64,000 nucleotides of DNA from Gemmatimonadales bacterium (GTDB taxonomy: Bacteria; Gemmatimonadota; Gemmatimonadetes; Gemmatimonadales; GWC2-71-9): assembly GCA_965249575.1 (NCBI GenBank), contig OZ252244.1, positions 2,592,001 through 2,656,000 on the forward strand. The letters run 5' to 3'. A model generated the notes under the pieces. It was not told the origin of the DNA. It made no database searches and was given only the letters and a program-made list of their open reading frames with translations. This document shows positions 31,302 through 41,232 of this stretch, one piece after another; the stretch's first letter is position 1; each line of letters opens with the position of its first letter. The position numbers were made by a program, and so were the translations under genes.

Positions 31302-34281
31302 GTGAGGACGCTTTCTGTTTTCATCGCGGCTGTCCTGGTCTTTACCGGGGCCAGCCAGGTACACGCGCAAGCGCGCATCGTGACCGGGCGCGTGACGGAC
31401 TCGCTTACCAGCGAGATCCTCACGTCCGGCCAGGTCTCGGTTATCGGGACCACCATCAGTTCCACCGTCACCGAGGACGGCACGTTTACGATTGGTGTGC
31501 CGACACGTGACGTCACGCTCACGGTTCGGAGCATCGGGTACAAGCGGCAGGATGTCACGGTGCCGACCGGGCAGAACTCGGTCCAGATCTCCCTCGCGCG
31601 GGATTTCTTTCAGCTCGAGGCGATCGTGGTGACCGGCCAGGCCACCGGCGTCGAGCGGAGGAACCTCGCCAACGCCGTCGCCACGGTGAGCGCCCAGCAG
31701 CTTTCCGAGGTTTCGGCCGTCAGCCTGGACCAGGCGCTGCAGGGTAAGCTGTTAGGGGCGAACATTCTCAAGAACTCCGGCGCGCCCGGCGGCGGGGCCT
31801 TGGTCCAGCTCCGGGGCGTCACCTCCATCAACGGCGCGTTCACGCCGCTCTACGTGATCGACGGCGTGATTATCAGCGACGTCGCGACGGAGCCGGGCAC
31901 CAACTTCATTACGCAAGCCTTTCCCGGTCGGATAACAACCAGCCAGGAAAACCAGGTCAACCGGATCGCCGACCTCAACCCCAACGACATTTCGAGCATC
32001 GAAGTGTTGAAGGGCGCATCCGCCTCGGCGATTTACGGCTCCAAGGCCTCGAACGGCGTCGTCATCATCACGACCAAGCGCGGCCGTGTCGGCGCCCCCC
32101 AGTTCAGCCTCAGCCAGCGGTTCGGGATCTCCAGTGCGAGCCAGCAGATCGGGTCCCGGCAGTGGACCCAGGCGGAGGCCTCGGCCTTCTACGGCGCGCT
32201 CGCCTCGGATCCGGTGGCCGGCTTCAACAGTACAGTCCACGATCACGAGGACTACCTTGCCGGAAACAACCCGCTGTCCCACGAGACAACGATCGGCCTG
32301 AGCGGCGGTACCGAGACGACCCGCTACTTCACGTCGGGCTTGGTGAAGCACGACGGCAGCGTGGTGACTGGCACGTTTTACGACAAACAGTCGGTGCGGC
32401 TCAACCTGGATCAAGACATCGGGAGTCGGGTCCGGTTGAGCATCAGTTCTCAGGTCATTCACTCGCGTGGCGACCGGGGGTTGGTGAACAACGAGAACAG
32501 CGGCACGAGCCTCTGGTCCGCGATCTCGGCGACGCCGAGTTACTTCGATCTCCGGGCCGCCTGCCCGGACGGGTCGCGGCAGCCCACATGTGAAGGCGGG
32601 GTCTATCCGGTCAATCCGTACAGCAGCAGCAACCCGCTCCACACGGCGGTTGAGGTGGAGAATCGCGAGAACCTGTGGCGGTCGATCGGCACTTCACGGT
32701 TGGAAATTGACGTCGCCGACACTCCGCAGCATTCGCTTCGGCTCATCGGGACGGGTGGCGTGGATTTCTTCACGCAGAAGAACTCTGTGTTCGCGCCGCC
32801 CGAGTTGCAGTTCGAAGGCGACGACGGTCTGCCCGGCTCGTCGGGACTCCTGTTCGTGCAGAACCTGAACACGAATGTGAACGCCAACGCGGTTTACACG
32901 TATCGGACCGCCGGGGGCACCAGCGCCACGACTCAGGTGGGTCTCTCCTACGAGGTATCGGACTACACCATCGACCGGACCCTCTCCCAGAACCTGGTGG
33001 GTGGGCTGCGGATCTCCAGCGCCGGTACGACCATAACCACCCTCGGCCGTCGGGAGCGCGCGAAGGATTTTGGCTTCTTTGCGCAGGAAGAATTCCTGAC
33101 CCTGGACGAGCGGCTTTTGCTCACGCTGGGTGTCCGCGCGGACCAGAGTAGCAACAACGGCGATCCGGACAAGCTCTTCTGGTACCCCAAGGCCTCCGCG
33201 TCGTACCGCTTCGTCCCGAGGAGCAAGGTCGTGGACGAGGTGAAGGTTCGCGCCGCTTTCGGCCAGTCCGGAAACCGGCCGAGGTGGGGACAAAAGTTCA
33301 CGGAGCTCGAGGGACTGAACATCGGAGGCGTGGCCGCCGCGCGGCTGGCCGCGACCGGGGAGACGGGCGACCCGAATCTCGAGCCAGAGCGCTCCACCGA
33401 GATCGAGGGTGGGTTCGACGCTCAGCTGTTCAACAGCCGGCTCAACCTCGAGGTGACCGCCTACGAGAAGCGGGTCAGCGAGTTACTGCTCGAGCGTTCA
33501 CTCGCGCGCTCGTCGGGGTTCGAGACCCAGGTTTTCAACGGCGGGAAAATCCGAAACCGGGGCATCGAGCTCTCGGCTACCGTGCTCCCCGTGCAGACTT
33601 CGACGATCCAGTGGAGCGCGAATGCCAATTTCTCGCTCTACCGCTGCAAGGTCACGGAGCTGCAGGTCCCCGATTTCCTGTCCGGCAGCACGACGTTCGG
33701 AGCCGTTTCCACCGCGGTAGACGGAAACTGCACGCAGCTGGTTGGACGGGACTCCCTGGCAGACGGAACCCAGATCGTCGCGGATATCGCCCGGCAGGCA
33801 CCTGATTACCTGTTCGGGTTTCTCCAATGAGGTTACGTACAAGAACCTGGGGTTCTACTTCCTGTTGGACCACCAGAAGGGTGGGACCACCGCTCAGCTG
33901 ACCAAGCTGATCTACGACTTCAATGGAAACAGTGTCGACCAGGTGACGCCCAATTCACTCGATGGGACCACCGGAGATCTCCGTGCCTCGGCATTCTCGA
34001 AGTGCGGCAAGTGCTATCTCGAGGACCTCACGTTCTGGAAGCTCCGTGAGGCTCGGCTCTCGTACGACCTCCCGAGGCCTTTCATCAACAGCGTATGGAG
34101 CGGCGCCCGTTACATTCGGCTGAACCTGAGCGGCCGGAACCTGGTCACCATGACCGACTACACCGGTATGGATCCGGAGTGGGAGCAGGTGCCCGGGTCG
34201 ATCGCGGCAGCGCGGTCCTGGGAGATCTGGGCGTATCCGCCGAGCCGGAGTTTCTGGTTCTCGATCGACGTGGGGTTCTGA
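31302..34281 (+). CDS. SusC/RagA-family TonB-dependent receptor, +1 frameshift near 33820
   Basis: AGGAGG RBS and GTG; IVVTG, ALQGK..G, PLYVIDGV, DLNPNDISSIEVLKGASASAIYGSKASNGVVIITTKRG; second frame FSNEVTYKN...KLREA...YPPSRSFWFSIDVGF. Confidence 0.92.
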
Positions 34282-34284
34282 GCC

Positions 34285-35709
34285 ATGACATCGACAGAGA
34301 GGCATCGCATCATGCGATCGGCGATCAGCGTCCCGGCCCTGTTCGCGTTGCTTGCAATGGGCGCGTGCAAGTCGCTGGACAACATTCCGGATTACAACGC
34401 ATCGAGTCTCGGTGATCTCGCGAGCAATCCAACCCCAGCTGTGATTCAAGTGGCGACGACCGGACTGCTTGCGGGTTCGCGCGCCGAGAACTCGCTACCC
34501 CAGTTCTCTTACGTGGCGGCACTGGCCGAGATGGGTCGGGAAGGGTATGCCCTCGACCCCAGTAACCCGCAGATCACCCAGGAACGCTTGGAGAGACCGT
34601 TGAGTCGCGGCTCTTTTGCCGGGTTCATCTGGGAAGAGATGTACCGCAACCTCAAGCAGGGTAACGTCGTCCTGGACGCGGTGAGCGGCGTGACCGAATT
34701 CACATCGGCCGACCAGGAGGGCGTGCGGGGCTTCGTCAAGACCCTTCAGGCCCGCGACCTGCTGTCCATCATCAACATCTTTGACGCAAACGGCGCGGTG
34801 ATCGACGTGCTCGAGGACCCCGCCGCCGACCCGGCGCCCATTGTCGGCAAGGCGGCCGTGTTCGGGCGCATCGTGTCACTGCTCAACGAGGCGGCCACGC
34901 ACCTGGGAAGCGCTGGGGCTTCATTCGCGTTCGACCTGAGCGCGGGGTTCGCCGATTTTTCAACGCCGACCACGTTCTTGCAGTTCAACCAGGCCCTGAA
35001 AGCCCGGGTAGACGTCTACATGGGGAATCATGCGGACGCGCTCACCAGCCTGACCGCCTCCTTCCTGGATACCGGTGGGTCGTTCAACCTGGGCGCGTAC
35101 CATACGCACAGCACGAACTCGGGTGATTTGATCAACGTGCTGTTCGATCCGACACCACGTATCATTCACGGTCATCCGTCGAACGCCACCGACGCGCAAA
35201 TGAAGGCGAACCTCGATCCCGATGACCGGCTCACAGCCAAGGAAGCTCCGATTCCGTCCAAGGTGCTCACCGGGCTCACGGTGGACACGAAGTTCATTCA
35301 CTTTTCGAGCCTGTCCGATCCGGTTCCGATCATCCGGAACGAGGAGTTGATCCTGATCCGCGCCGAAGCGAGGATGTTCAACGGGGGGTGGCCCGGCGAC
35401 AACGTTGGGGCGCTGGCGGACCTCAACCTGGTCCGGCAGGGTTCTGGTGGGTTGGATCCCATCACGCAGGCGACATGGGATGGGATGACGGAAACCCAGC
35501 AGGTCGACGCGGTCCTATACGAGCGCCGCTTCTCGCTCTTGTTCGAGGGCGGACATCGCTGGATCGACTGGCGTCGGCTCAATCGCCTGGATCAGATCCC
35601 GCTCGTGGCGACGGCTCACAAGATGTTTCCGTACTTCACCTTCCCTGACGACGAGTGCATTGCACGCTCTCCCGAGCCGGGGGGGTGCACTCCGCATCCG
35701 GGACTGTAA
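34285..35709 (+). CDS. SusD/RagB-family lipoprotein
   Basis: Lipobox MGAC; IIRNEELILIRAEA, LNLVR, ERRFSLLFEGGHRWIDWRR. Confidence 0.92.
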   Translation: MTSTERHRIMRSAISVPALFALLAMGACKSLDNIPDYNASSLGDLASNPTPAVIQVATTGLLAGSRAENSLPQFSYVAALAEMGREGYALDPSNPQITQERLERPLSRGSFAGFIWEEMYRNLKQGNVVLDAVSGVTEFTSADQEGVRGFVKTLQARDLLSIINIFDANGAVIDVLEDPAADPAPIVGKAAVFGRIVSLLNEAATHLGSAGASFAFDLSAGFADFSTPTTFLQFNQALKARVDVYMGNHADALTSLTASFLDTGGSFNLGAYHTHSTNSGDLINVLFDPTPRIIHGHPSNATDAQMKANLDPDDRLTAKEAPIPSKVLTGLTVDTKFIHFSSLSDPVPIIRNEELILIRAEARMFNGGWPGDNVGALADLNLVRQGSGGLDPITQATWDGMTETQQVDAVLYERRFSLLFEGGHRWIDWRRLNRLDQIPLVATAHKMFPYFTFPDDECIARSPEPGGCTPHPGL

Positions 35710-35741
35710 GGAGCGGACGAAGTAGGTAAGTAGGAGAGCAA

Positions 35742-35778
35742 ACCAGCGGGCGGTGACGCGATATCATCGCCCGCTGGT
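35742..35778. terminator. Probable bidirectional intrinsic terminator between convergent susD and propeller gene 1
   Basis: 15-bp stem ACCAGCGGGCGGTGA / TCATCGCCCGCTGGT (one G-U pair), A-rich left flank and GTTT right flank. Confidence 0.75.
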
Positions 35779-35798
35779 GTTTGTGTGGGGCTTGCCGT

Positions 35799-37148
35799 TC
35801 AGCTTACTGGCGCCGGCGCGCCGTCCGGCCCGTTGTCCCAGTCCTGCGCCGACGAGACGTTCGGCATCCCCCACTGGTGTCCGTTCCAACCGTCGAAACC
35901 GTCCATCCTGAACGCCCAGAAGCCGGTCCGGAAACCGCTGGTCACGATTAGGCCGTCGGCGTTTCGCACGTCGACACCCCAGGCACCATCGAAGATGGTC
36001 GTGCCGACGCCCTGGGTCTGGAGGTCTTCGCCGCGCATGGGTGGTCCCGAGCGGGTGATGTAGTACCCCACGGTGTACGGATTCGCGGGATCCATCATGT
36101 TGAACACTTGCAGTCCCTCGTCAAATGACGCTACGAACACGTAGGGCCACCGGATCTCGTTGTTGTGTGTAGCATGCTTCCAGTTGGGATTCCAAGCCCC
36201 GATGGGGCGCGAGATCGTCCGAACTTCCCCATCCAGCCCGGGCTTCAAGTCCCACATGCGGACCGGCGCGTACTGCCACTCGTTTTGGCCCACTGCGTAC
36301 CGGCCGTCCGGGCTCACCTGAATCGTGTGATCGACTTCCACGCCGGCAGCGCCGCTGATCGAGGTGAGGAGCTTGGGTTCCTCGGGTCGCGTCACGTCAT
36401 AAACCAGGTACGCGGAGTAACTTGCGCCGTAGAACTTGTCCTGCCGAGTGGCTGGATCGTAGCCCACGTACATGTCGTGGTAGCCCTTGAGCATCCCGTA
36501 GACGCTCGGTGCCGGCTCCGATCCGGGTACTCGGCTCACGAGCGCCCCGCGCGCGTCGCCGCTGACCGCTTTCTCCATGTCATAGACATTGACGACCGTG
36601 GTCGTCGTGGTGGCAAACAGCAGGGCCCGGCCGTCAGAGTGCTTGTAGGCGAAGAGATTGTGAAACCCGCGCGGAGCGTCGGCCACGCGAATCCGGGCTA
36701 CCTCTCGAACCGTCGACGCGTCGGGCAGACCGGTTACGTCGAAAACGATCGCCCCCAGGTCGGCATCGGGGCCGGTCTGGCGGAACTGGAACGACTGAAC
36801 GTCATAATACCGCCCCCGTAACTTGACGTACTTGTTGTCCATCCCCCCGCCTTCGTGCAGCTCGGGGTCCTCGATGATCCATCGGTACAGCACCTTCGCA
36901 TCGGAGGGTTCTTTGAGATCGATGATGAAGAACCCCGCACCCTCATAGTTGTGCGACACATAGGCGTACGGACGGGACAGTTCCTGCTCCAATTCCACGT
37001 CGGACGTGGTGTAGGGCTTTCCTTCGAGCGGGATATGCGCCAGCACGTGGACATTGCGGCTCGACTCCTCGCCTGGAGCCTCTTGGGAGAACGCGGGGGG
37101 TGCCAGCAAGATTCCGAGAGCGCTCAAAAGTACGAATCGGCTGATCAT
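35799..37148 (-). CDS. Secreted LVIVD-like beta-propeller protein, paralog 1
   Basis: Signal peptide; blades IIDLKEP, VFDVT, VYDVTRPEEP, LQVFNMMDP.NP; tail GFWAF.MDGFDGWNGHQWGMPN. Confidence 0.8.
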   Translation of the reverse strand: MISRFVLLSALGILLAPPAFSQEAPGEESSRNVHVLAHIPLEGKPYTTSDVELEQELSRPYAYVSHNYEGAGFFIIDLKEPSDAKVLYRWIIEDPELHEGGGMDNKYVKLRGRYYDVQSFQFRQTGPDADLGAIVFDVTGLPDASTVREVARIRVADAPRGFHNLFAYKHSDGRALLFATTTTTVVNVYDMEKAVSGDARGALVSRVPGSEPAPSVYGMLKGYHDMYVGYDPATRQDKFYGASYSAYLVYDVTRPEEPKLLTSISGAAGVEVDHTIQVSPDGRYAVGQNEWQYAPVRMWDLKPGLDGEVRTISRPIGAWNPNWKHATHNNEIRWPYVFVASFDEGLQVFNMMDPANPYTVGYYITRSGPPMRGEDLQTQGVGTTIFDGAWGVDVRNADGLIVTSGFRTGFWAFRMDGFDGWNGHQWGMPNVSSAQDWDNGPDGAPAPVS

Positions 37149-37190
37149 GATGGTCTCCTGGCAAAAAAAATAGGTGGGCGTCCCGAACCC

Positions 37191-37225
37191 GGCCCCTCGG
37201 AGCTAGTTAAGGAGGCCGCCCCCCC
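37191..37225 (+). repeat. Partial copy of the dispersed AGGAGG-core palindromic element
   Basis: AGTTAAGGAGGCCGCCCCCCC, similar to the copies at 38.9, 40.4 and 48.4 kb. Confidence 0.5.
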
Positions 37226-37239
37226 TTACCCAGACCGCG

Positions 37240-37322
37240 GGTGCCGGTCCCGCAGTCGCGCCCGGGCCGTTGTCCCAATCCTGCGCACTGGAGATGTTCG
37301 GCATGCCCCACTGATGCCCGTT
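37240..37322 (-). pseudogene. Orphan 3' tail of an LVIVD-like paralog
   Basis: Encodes NGHQWGMPNISSAQDWDNGPGATAGPA with unrelated sequence upstream. Confidence 0.85.
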
Positions 37323-37463
37323 GCCCGCGAATGCTCTGCTCTTACCTCGTCTCTCTCCAGTCGCTAACATGGTCCCACCGAGATTGCCTGGCAACTAGCC
37401 TCGACGCGACAAGTGATTCGAACCGATGGAGTACGGGTACCCCCCCTCAACCGGAGGCGCTCC

Positions 37464-38840
37464 ATGAGCCTGCGCATCGTCCTTGCGAGTTTAGGGTTCC
37501 TCGCGTTGGCAACCCCTGCTTTTTCCCAGCACGTACCGGGCATGCAGGGGAGCCGGAACATTCACGTCCTTTCTCACATTCCGATGGCACACGGGGCGAG
37601 TGATCTGCCGTATCAGGGTATTCTCGACATCGAGATCGAGCAGGAAGTATCCAGGCCATTCGTCTACATCTCACAGCTCATCGAGCACGACGGGTTCGAC
37701 GTCATCAGCGTCAAGGATCCGAAGAAGGCAGAGATTATCTATTCATGGCGGATCGAGGATCTGGACCTGCGCCCAGGTCTGTCCGGCGCGTTTGACGGCC
37801 GGTACTTCAAGCTGAAGAACCGCTACTACTACGCCCAGTCGTTCCAGTACCAACCGGGCGGGCCGGACGTCGATCTAGGCGCCATTATCTTTGACGTGAC
37901 CGGACTGCCGGACCCAAGCACGGTAAGGGAAATGGGCCGCATTAGAGCCCCGGATACCCCCAGCGGGTTCCACAACGTGTTTGCCTACAAGCATTCCACG
38001 GGGCGGACGCTCCTTTTTTCGACGACGACCGGACCCCATTCCAACATCTATGACATGGAGAAGTTCTTGGGCGGTGACGGCGCACAGGGCCTGGTCGGAC
38101 GGGTGCCGAGCCAGGCAGCCCCCGGCAAGGCGCGGGCTGACGGCTACCACGACATGTACGCGGCATACGATCCCGCGACGCGTCAGGACAAGTTCTACGG
38201 GTCCGGGCTTGGTGACGGCTACTTCGTCTACGACGTCACGAGCCCGGAGGGGCCGAAGCTCGTCACGTCGTTGACGGGGATTGCGGGTCTGGCGGTGGCG
38301 CATGCGTTTCAGGTCACTCCGGACGGCCGGTACGGCGTGGCGCAAATGGAATACCAGTATGCCCCGATCCGGATTTTCGATTTGAAGCCCGGACTGGACG
38401 GCGAGGTGACGACCATCTCCCGGCCGATCGGGGCGTGGCAGGCCGATCCCGACGGCTGGAAGAAGGCCTCCCACAACAATCAGATTCGGTGGCCATACGT
38501 GTTCGTAGCCTCGTTCGACGACGGCCTGCAGGTCCTCAACATGATGGATCCCACGAATCCGTACACGGTCGGCTATTACGACACACAGGACGGGCCCGAT
38601 TTGAGAGGGCTCGACACGAGGACCGCCGGACGCGGAAACACCATCTTCACGGGCGCCTGGGGCATCAACGTCCGGAACGCGGACGGGTTGATCGTAGTCA
38701 GCGACTTTCAGACTGGGTTCTGGGCGTTCAAGATGGACGGGTTCGATGGCTGGAATGGGCATCAGTGGGGCATGCCGAACATCTCGGCGGCGCAGGACTG
38801 GGATAACGGGCCGGACGGGGCGCCGGCGCCAGTAAGCTGA
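37464..38840 (+). CDS. Secreted LVIVD-like beta-propeller protein, paralog 2
   Basis: GGAGG RBS and ATG 37464; same motifs as paralog 1. Confidence 0.8.
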   Translation: MSLRIVLASLGFLALATPAFSQHVPGMQGSRNIHVLSHIPMAHGASDLPYQGILDIEIEQEVSRPFVYISQLIEHDGFDVISVKDPKKAEIIYSWRIEDLDLRPGLSGAFDGRYFKLKNRYYYAQSFQYQPGGPDVDLGAIIFDVTGLPDPSTVREMGRIRAPDTPSGFHNVFAYKHSTGRTLLFSTTTGPHSNIYDMEKFLGGDGAQGLVGRVPSQAAPGKARADGYHDMYAAYDPATRQDKFYGSGLGDGYFVYDVTSPEGPKLVTSLTGIAGLAVAHAFQVTPDGRYGVAQMEYQYAPIRIFDLKPGLDGEVTTISRPIGAWQADPDGWKKASHNNQIRWPYVFVASFDDGLQVLNMMDPTNPYTVGYYDTQDGPDLRGLDTRTAGRGNTIFTGAWGINVRNADGLIVVSDFQTGFWAFKMDGFDGWNGHQWGMPNISAAQDWDNGPDGAPAPVS

Positions 38841-38848
38841 ACGGCAGG

Positions 38849-38967
38849 CCGCTCCCCTCGCCGATCTCCACCGAGGGCGCAGTAAGGAGTGAGGAGGCTA
38901 CACGCCACCGGCGCCACCGCTGGGCGGTTGGGGGCGGCATCCTTACTCTCACCCGGGGAGGGGCGGG
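38849..38967 (+). repeat. Dispersed palindromic element, copy between paralogs 2 and 3
   Basis: Outer stem CCGCTCCCCTCGCCG / CGGGGAGGGGCGG; inner AGTGAGGAGGC / GCATCCTTACT. Confidence 0.6.
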
Positions 38968-39005
38968 TGGCGGTGGACTGCTTACCTCTTTTCAGGAGGC
39001 CGGTC

Positions 39006-40405
39006 ATGGTAGGGCGATTCGTTTTCTTGAGTGCTCTCGGAATTCTGCTGGCGGCTCCTGCTCTTTCCCAGCAAGCCCCGGGGATGCAGGGAAGCCGCAA
39101 CGTCCACGTGCTCTCGCACATGCCTATGGCGCATAGCGCGAGCGATATCGCGTTCAATGCGATCCTCGACATAGAAATAGAGCAGGAGCTGTCTCGTCCT
39201 TACGTCTACATCTCCCAGCTCTTCGAGAACGACGGGTTCGATGTCATCAGCGTGAAGGATCCGGAAAAGGCTGAGATCATCTACTCGTGGCGGATCGACG
39301 ATCCAGAGTTGCGGGATGGGCTTTCGGGCGCGTTCGACGGAAGGTACTTCAAGCTCAAGGGCCGGTATTACTACGCCCAGTCGTTCCAGTACATGCCCGG
39401 TGGACCCGACGTCGAGTTGGGCGCGATTGTCTTGACGTCACAGGGCTCCCGGATCCATCCTCTGTGAAGGAGGTCGGGCGGCTCCTCGCTCCCGACACGC
39501 CGATGGGCTTTCACAACGTCTTTGCCTACAAGCACTCCTCGGGACGCGTGCTCCTCTTCGCGACGACGATGTCCCCCGCCGTAAACATCTACGACATGGA
39601 GAAGTTCCTGGTGGGAGAGCGGGTCACCTCCTTGGTTGGGAAAGTGGTGAATCCCAATCCGAGCGAGATCATTCCGATGGGATTCCACGAGATGTACGTG
39701 GCCTACGATCCGACCACGCGGCAAGACAAGTTTTACGGTCCGGGCCTCAACAATTTTCTCGTCTTTGATGTGACGAGTCCCGAGGAGCCGGAGCTCGTGA
39801 CATCCATTACCGGTGTGGCCGGGATGGATCTAGCCCACGCCTTTCAGGCGACCCCGGACGGTCGGTACGGCGTCACGCAGATGGAGTACCGGCATTCGCC
39901 GATTCGCATCTTCGACCTGAAGCCCGGGTTAGAGGGCGAGACGAGAACCATTTCGCGGCCAATCGGGGCATGGCAGGCGGAACCGAACGGCTGGAACAAC
40001 GCGTCGCACAACCACCAGATCCGCTGGCCTTACGTGTTCGTAGGATCGTTCGACGACGGGTTGCAGGTCATCAACATGATGGACCCGACCAGCCCGTACA
40101 CCGTCGGCTACTACGATACGCAGGACGGTCCAGATTTACAGGGCCTCGGTCTCATCGTTTCGGGGGACGGGGTCGAGTCTTCGAATGCTCGTGGAAACAC
40201 GATTTTCAACGGCGCGTGGGGCATCAACGTCCGAAATGCCGATGGGTTGATTGTGATCAGCGGTTTCCGGACCGGCTTCTGGGCGTTCAAGATGGACGGT
40301 TTCGACGGCTGGAACGGACACCAGTGGGGCATGCCGAACATTTCGGCGGCGCAGGACTGGGACAACGGACCGGACAGGGCCGCGGGGCCGGCGCGCGTGA
40401 GCTGA
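39006..40405 (+). CDS. Secreted LVIVD-like beta-propeller protein, paralog 3, -1 frameshift near 39432
   Basis: GAIV[F]DVTGLPD is split between ORFs 38889-39467 and 39287-40405; one base is missing in GTCTTGACGTC. Confidence 0.8.
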
Positions 40406-40411
40406 ATGGCA

Positions 40412-40519
40412 GGCCCCCGCACCTCGCCACCGAGTGAGGAGTTAGCAGTGAGGAGGTCACCCTCCCCGCGTTCTCCGTGCTGGTGTAGCTGGGTTCCGTT
40501 CACCGGTGAGGTGGGGCCC
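40412..40519 (+). repeat. Dispersed palindromic element, copy after paralog 3
   Basis: Outer stem GGCCCC..CACCTC..CACCG / CGGTGAGGTGGGGCC enclosing AGTGAGGAGGTCACCCTCCCCGCGTTCT. Confidence 0.6.
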
Positions 40520-40553
40520 TGAGAATCCAGGTTTCCTCTAGTCAGGATATGAA

Positions 40554-41213
40554 ATGCGCTCAGCGACGCATCTCACCCTCGGACTGACCCTCATCGTTGG
40601 TTGCAGCGTTTCCGAGGACGACCAGGATGAGGTCCGTGGAGCCGGTTTGGACTCGGCCGTCTCCGTAGTGCTTGAGACCACGCTGGGGGACATCGTCGTA
40701 GATCTCTATCCAAAGCGCGCACCGGTCACGACAGAGAACTTCTTGCGGCACGTCGATAGCGGTTACTATGACGGTACGAGTTTTTACCGTGCGGTGCGGC
40801 TCGATAACCAGCCAGCGGAGCCGTACATAGAGGTTGTGCAGGGCGGCATTGGCCTGACCGTGTACGCGGAGGGCGGATCGGGTCCACCGTTTCCACCGAT
40901 CGAGCACGAACCCTCGAGCGAGACGGGCTTGAAGCACGTAGATGGCGCGATATCGATGGGACGGCTCGCGGTTGGCACCGCCGCGTCGGAATTCTTCATC
41001 TGCATCAACGATCAGCCGTCACTCGACTTCGGTGGAGATCGGAATCCGGACGGCCAGGGATTCGCGGCGTTCGGGATGGTAGTCGAGGGGATGGACGTCG
41101 TCAGGCGGATCCAAGCCGCACCCACGGGTGGCGAGGTTCCGCCTGAGTTTGCGGCGGTGGCCGGTCAAATCATCTCGGAGCCGATCGAGATCACGGAAGC
41201 GCGGCGCCTGTAG
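40554..41213 (+). CDS. Cyclophilin-type peptidyl-prolyl isomerase, lipoprotein
   Basis: Lipobox IVGC; APVTTENFL, YDGTSFYR, QGG, H..GAISMGR, SEFFI, FGMVVEGMDVV. Confidence 0.92.
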   Translation: MRSATHLTLGLTLIVGCSVSEDDQDEVRGAGLDSAVSVVLETTLGDIVVDLYPKRAPVTTENFLRHVDSGYYDGTSFYRAVRLDNQPAEPYIEVVQGGIGLTVYAEGGSGPPFPPIEHEPSSETGLKHVDGAISMGRLAVGTAASEFFICINDQPSLDFGGDRNPDGQGFAAFGMVVEGMDVVRRIQAAPTGGEVPPEFAAVAGQIISEPIEITEARRL

Positions 41214-41232
41214 GACTCTCTGGGAGACGCTA

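Noticed and set aside
33810..33835. Programmed frameshift in susC
   Set aside because: One extra T in a short run restores a normal gene; no evidence of recoding, and similar indels are scattered through the window
37163..37170. A8 tract (also G8 at 262-269 and G9 near 48394) as phase-variation sites
   Set aside because: Short tracts with no disrupted frame or promoter context; untestable without reads
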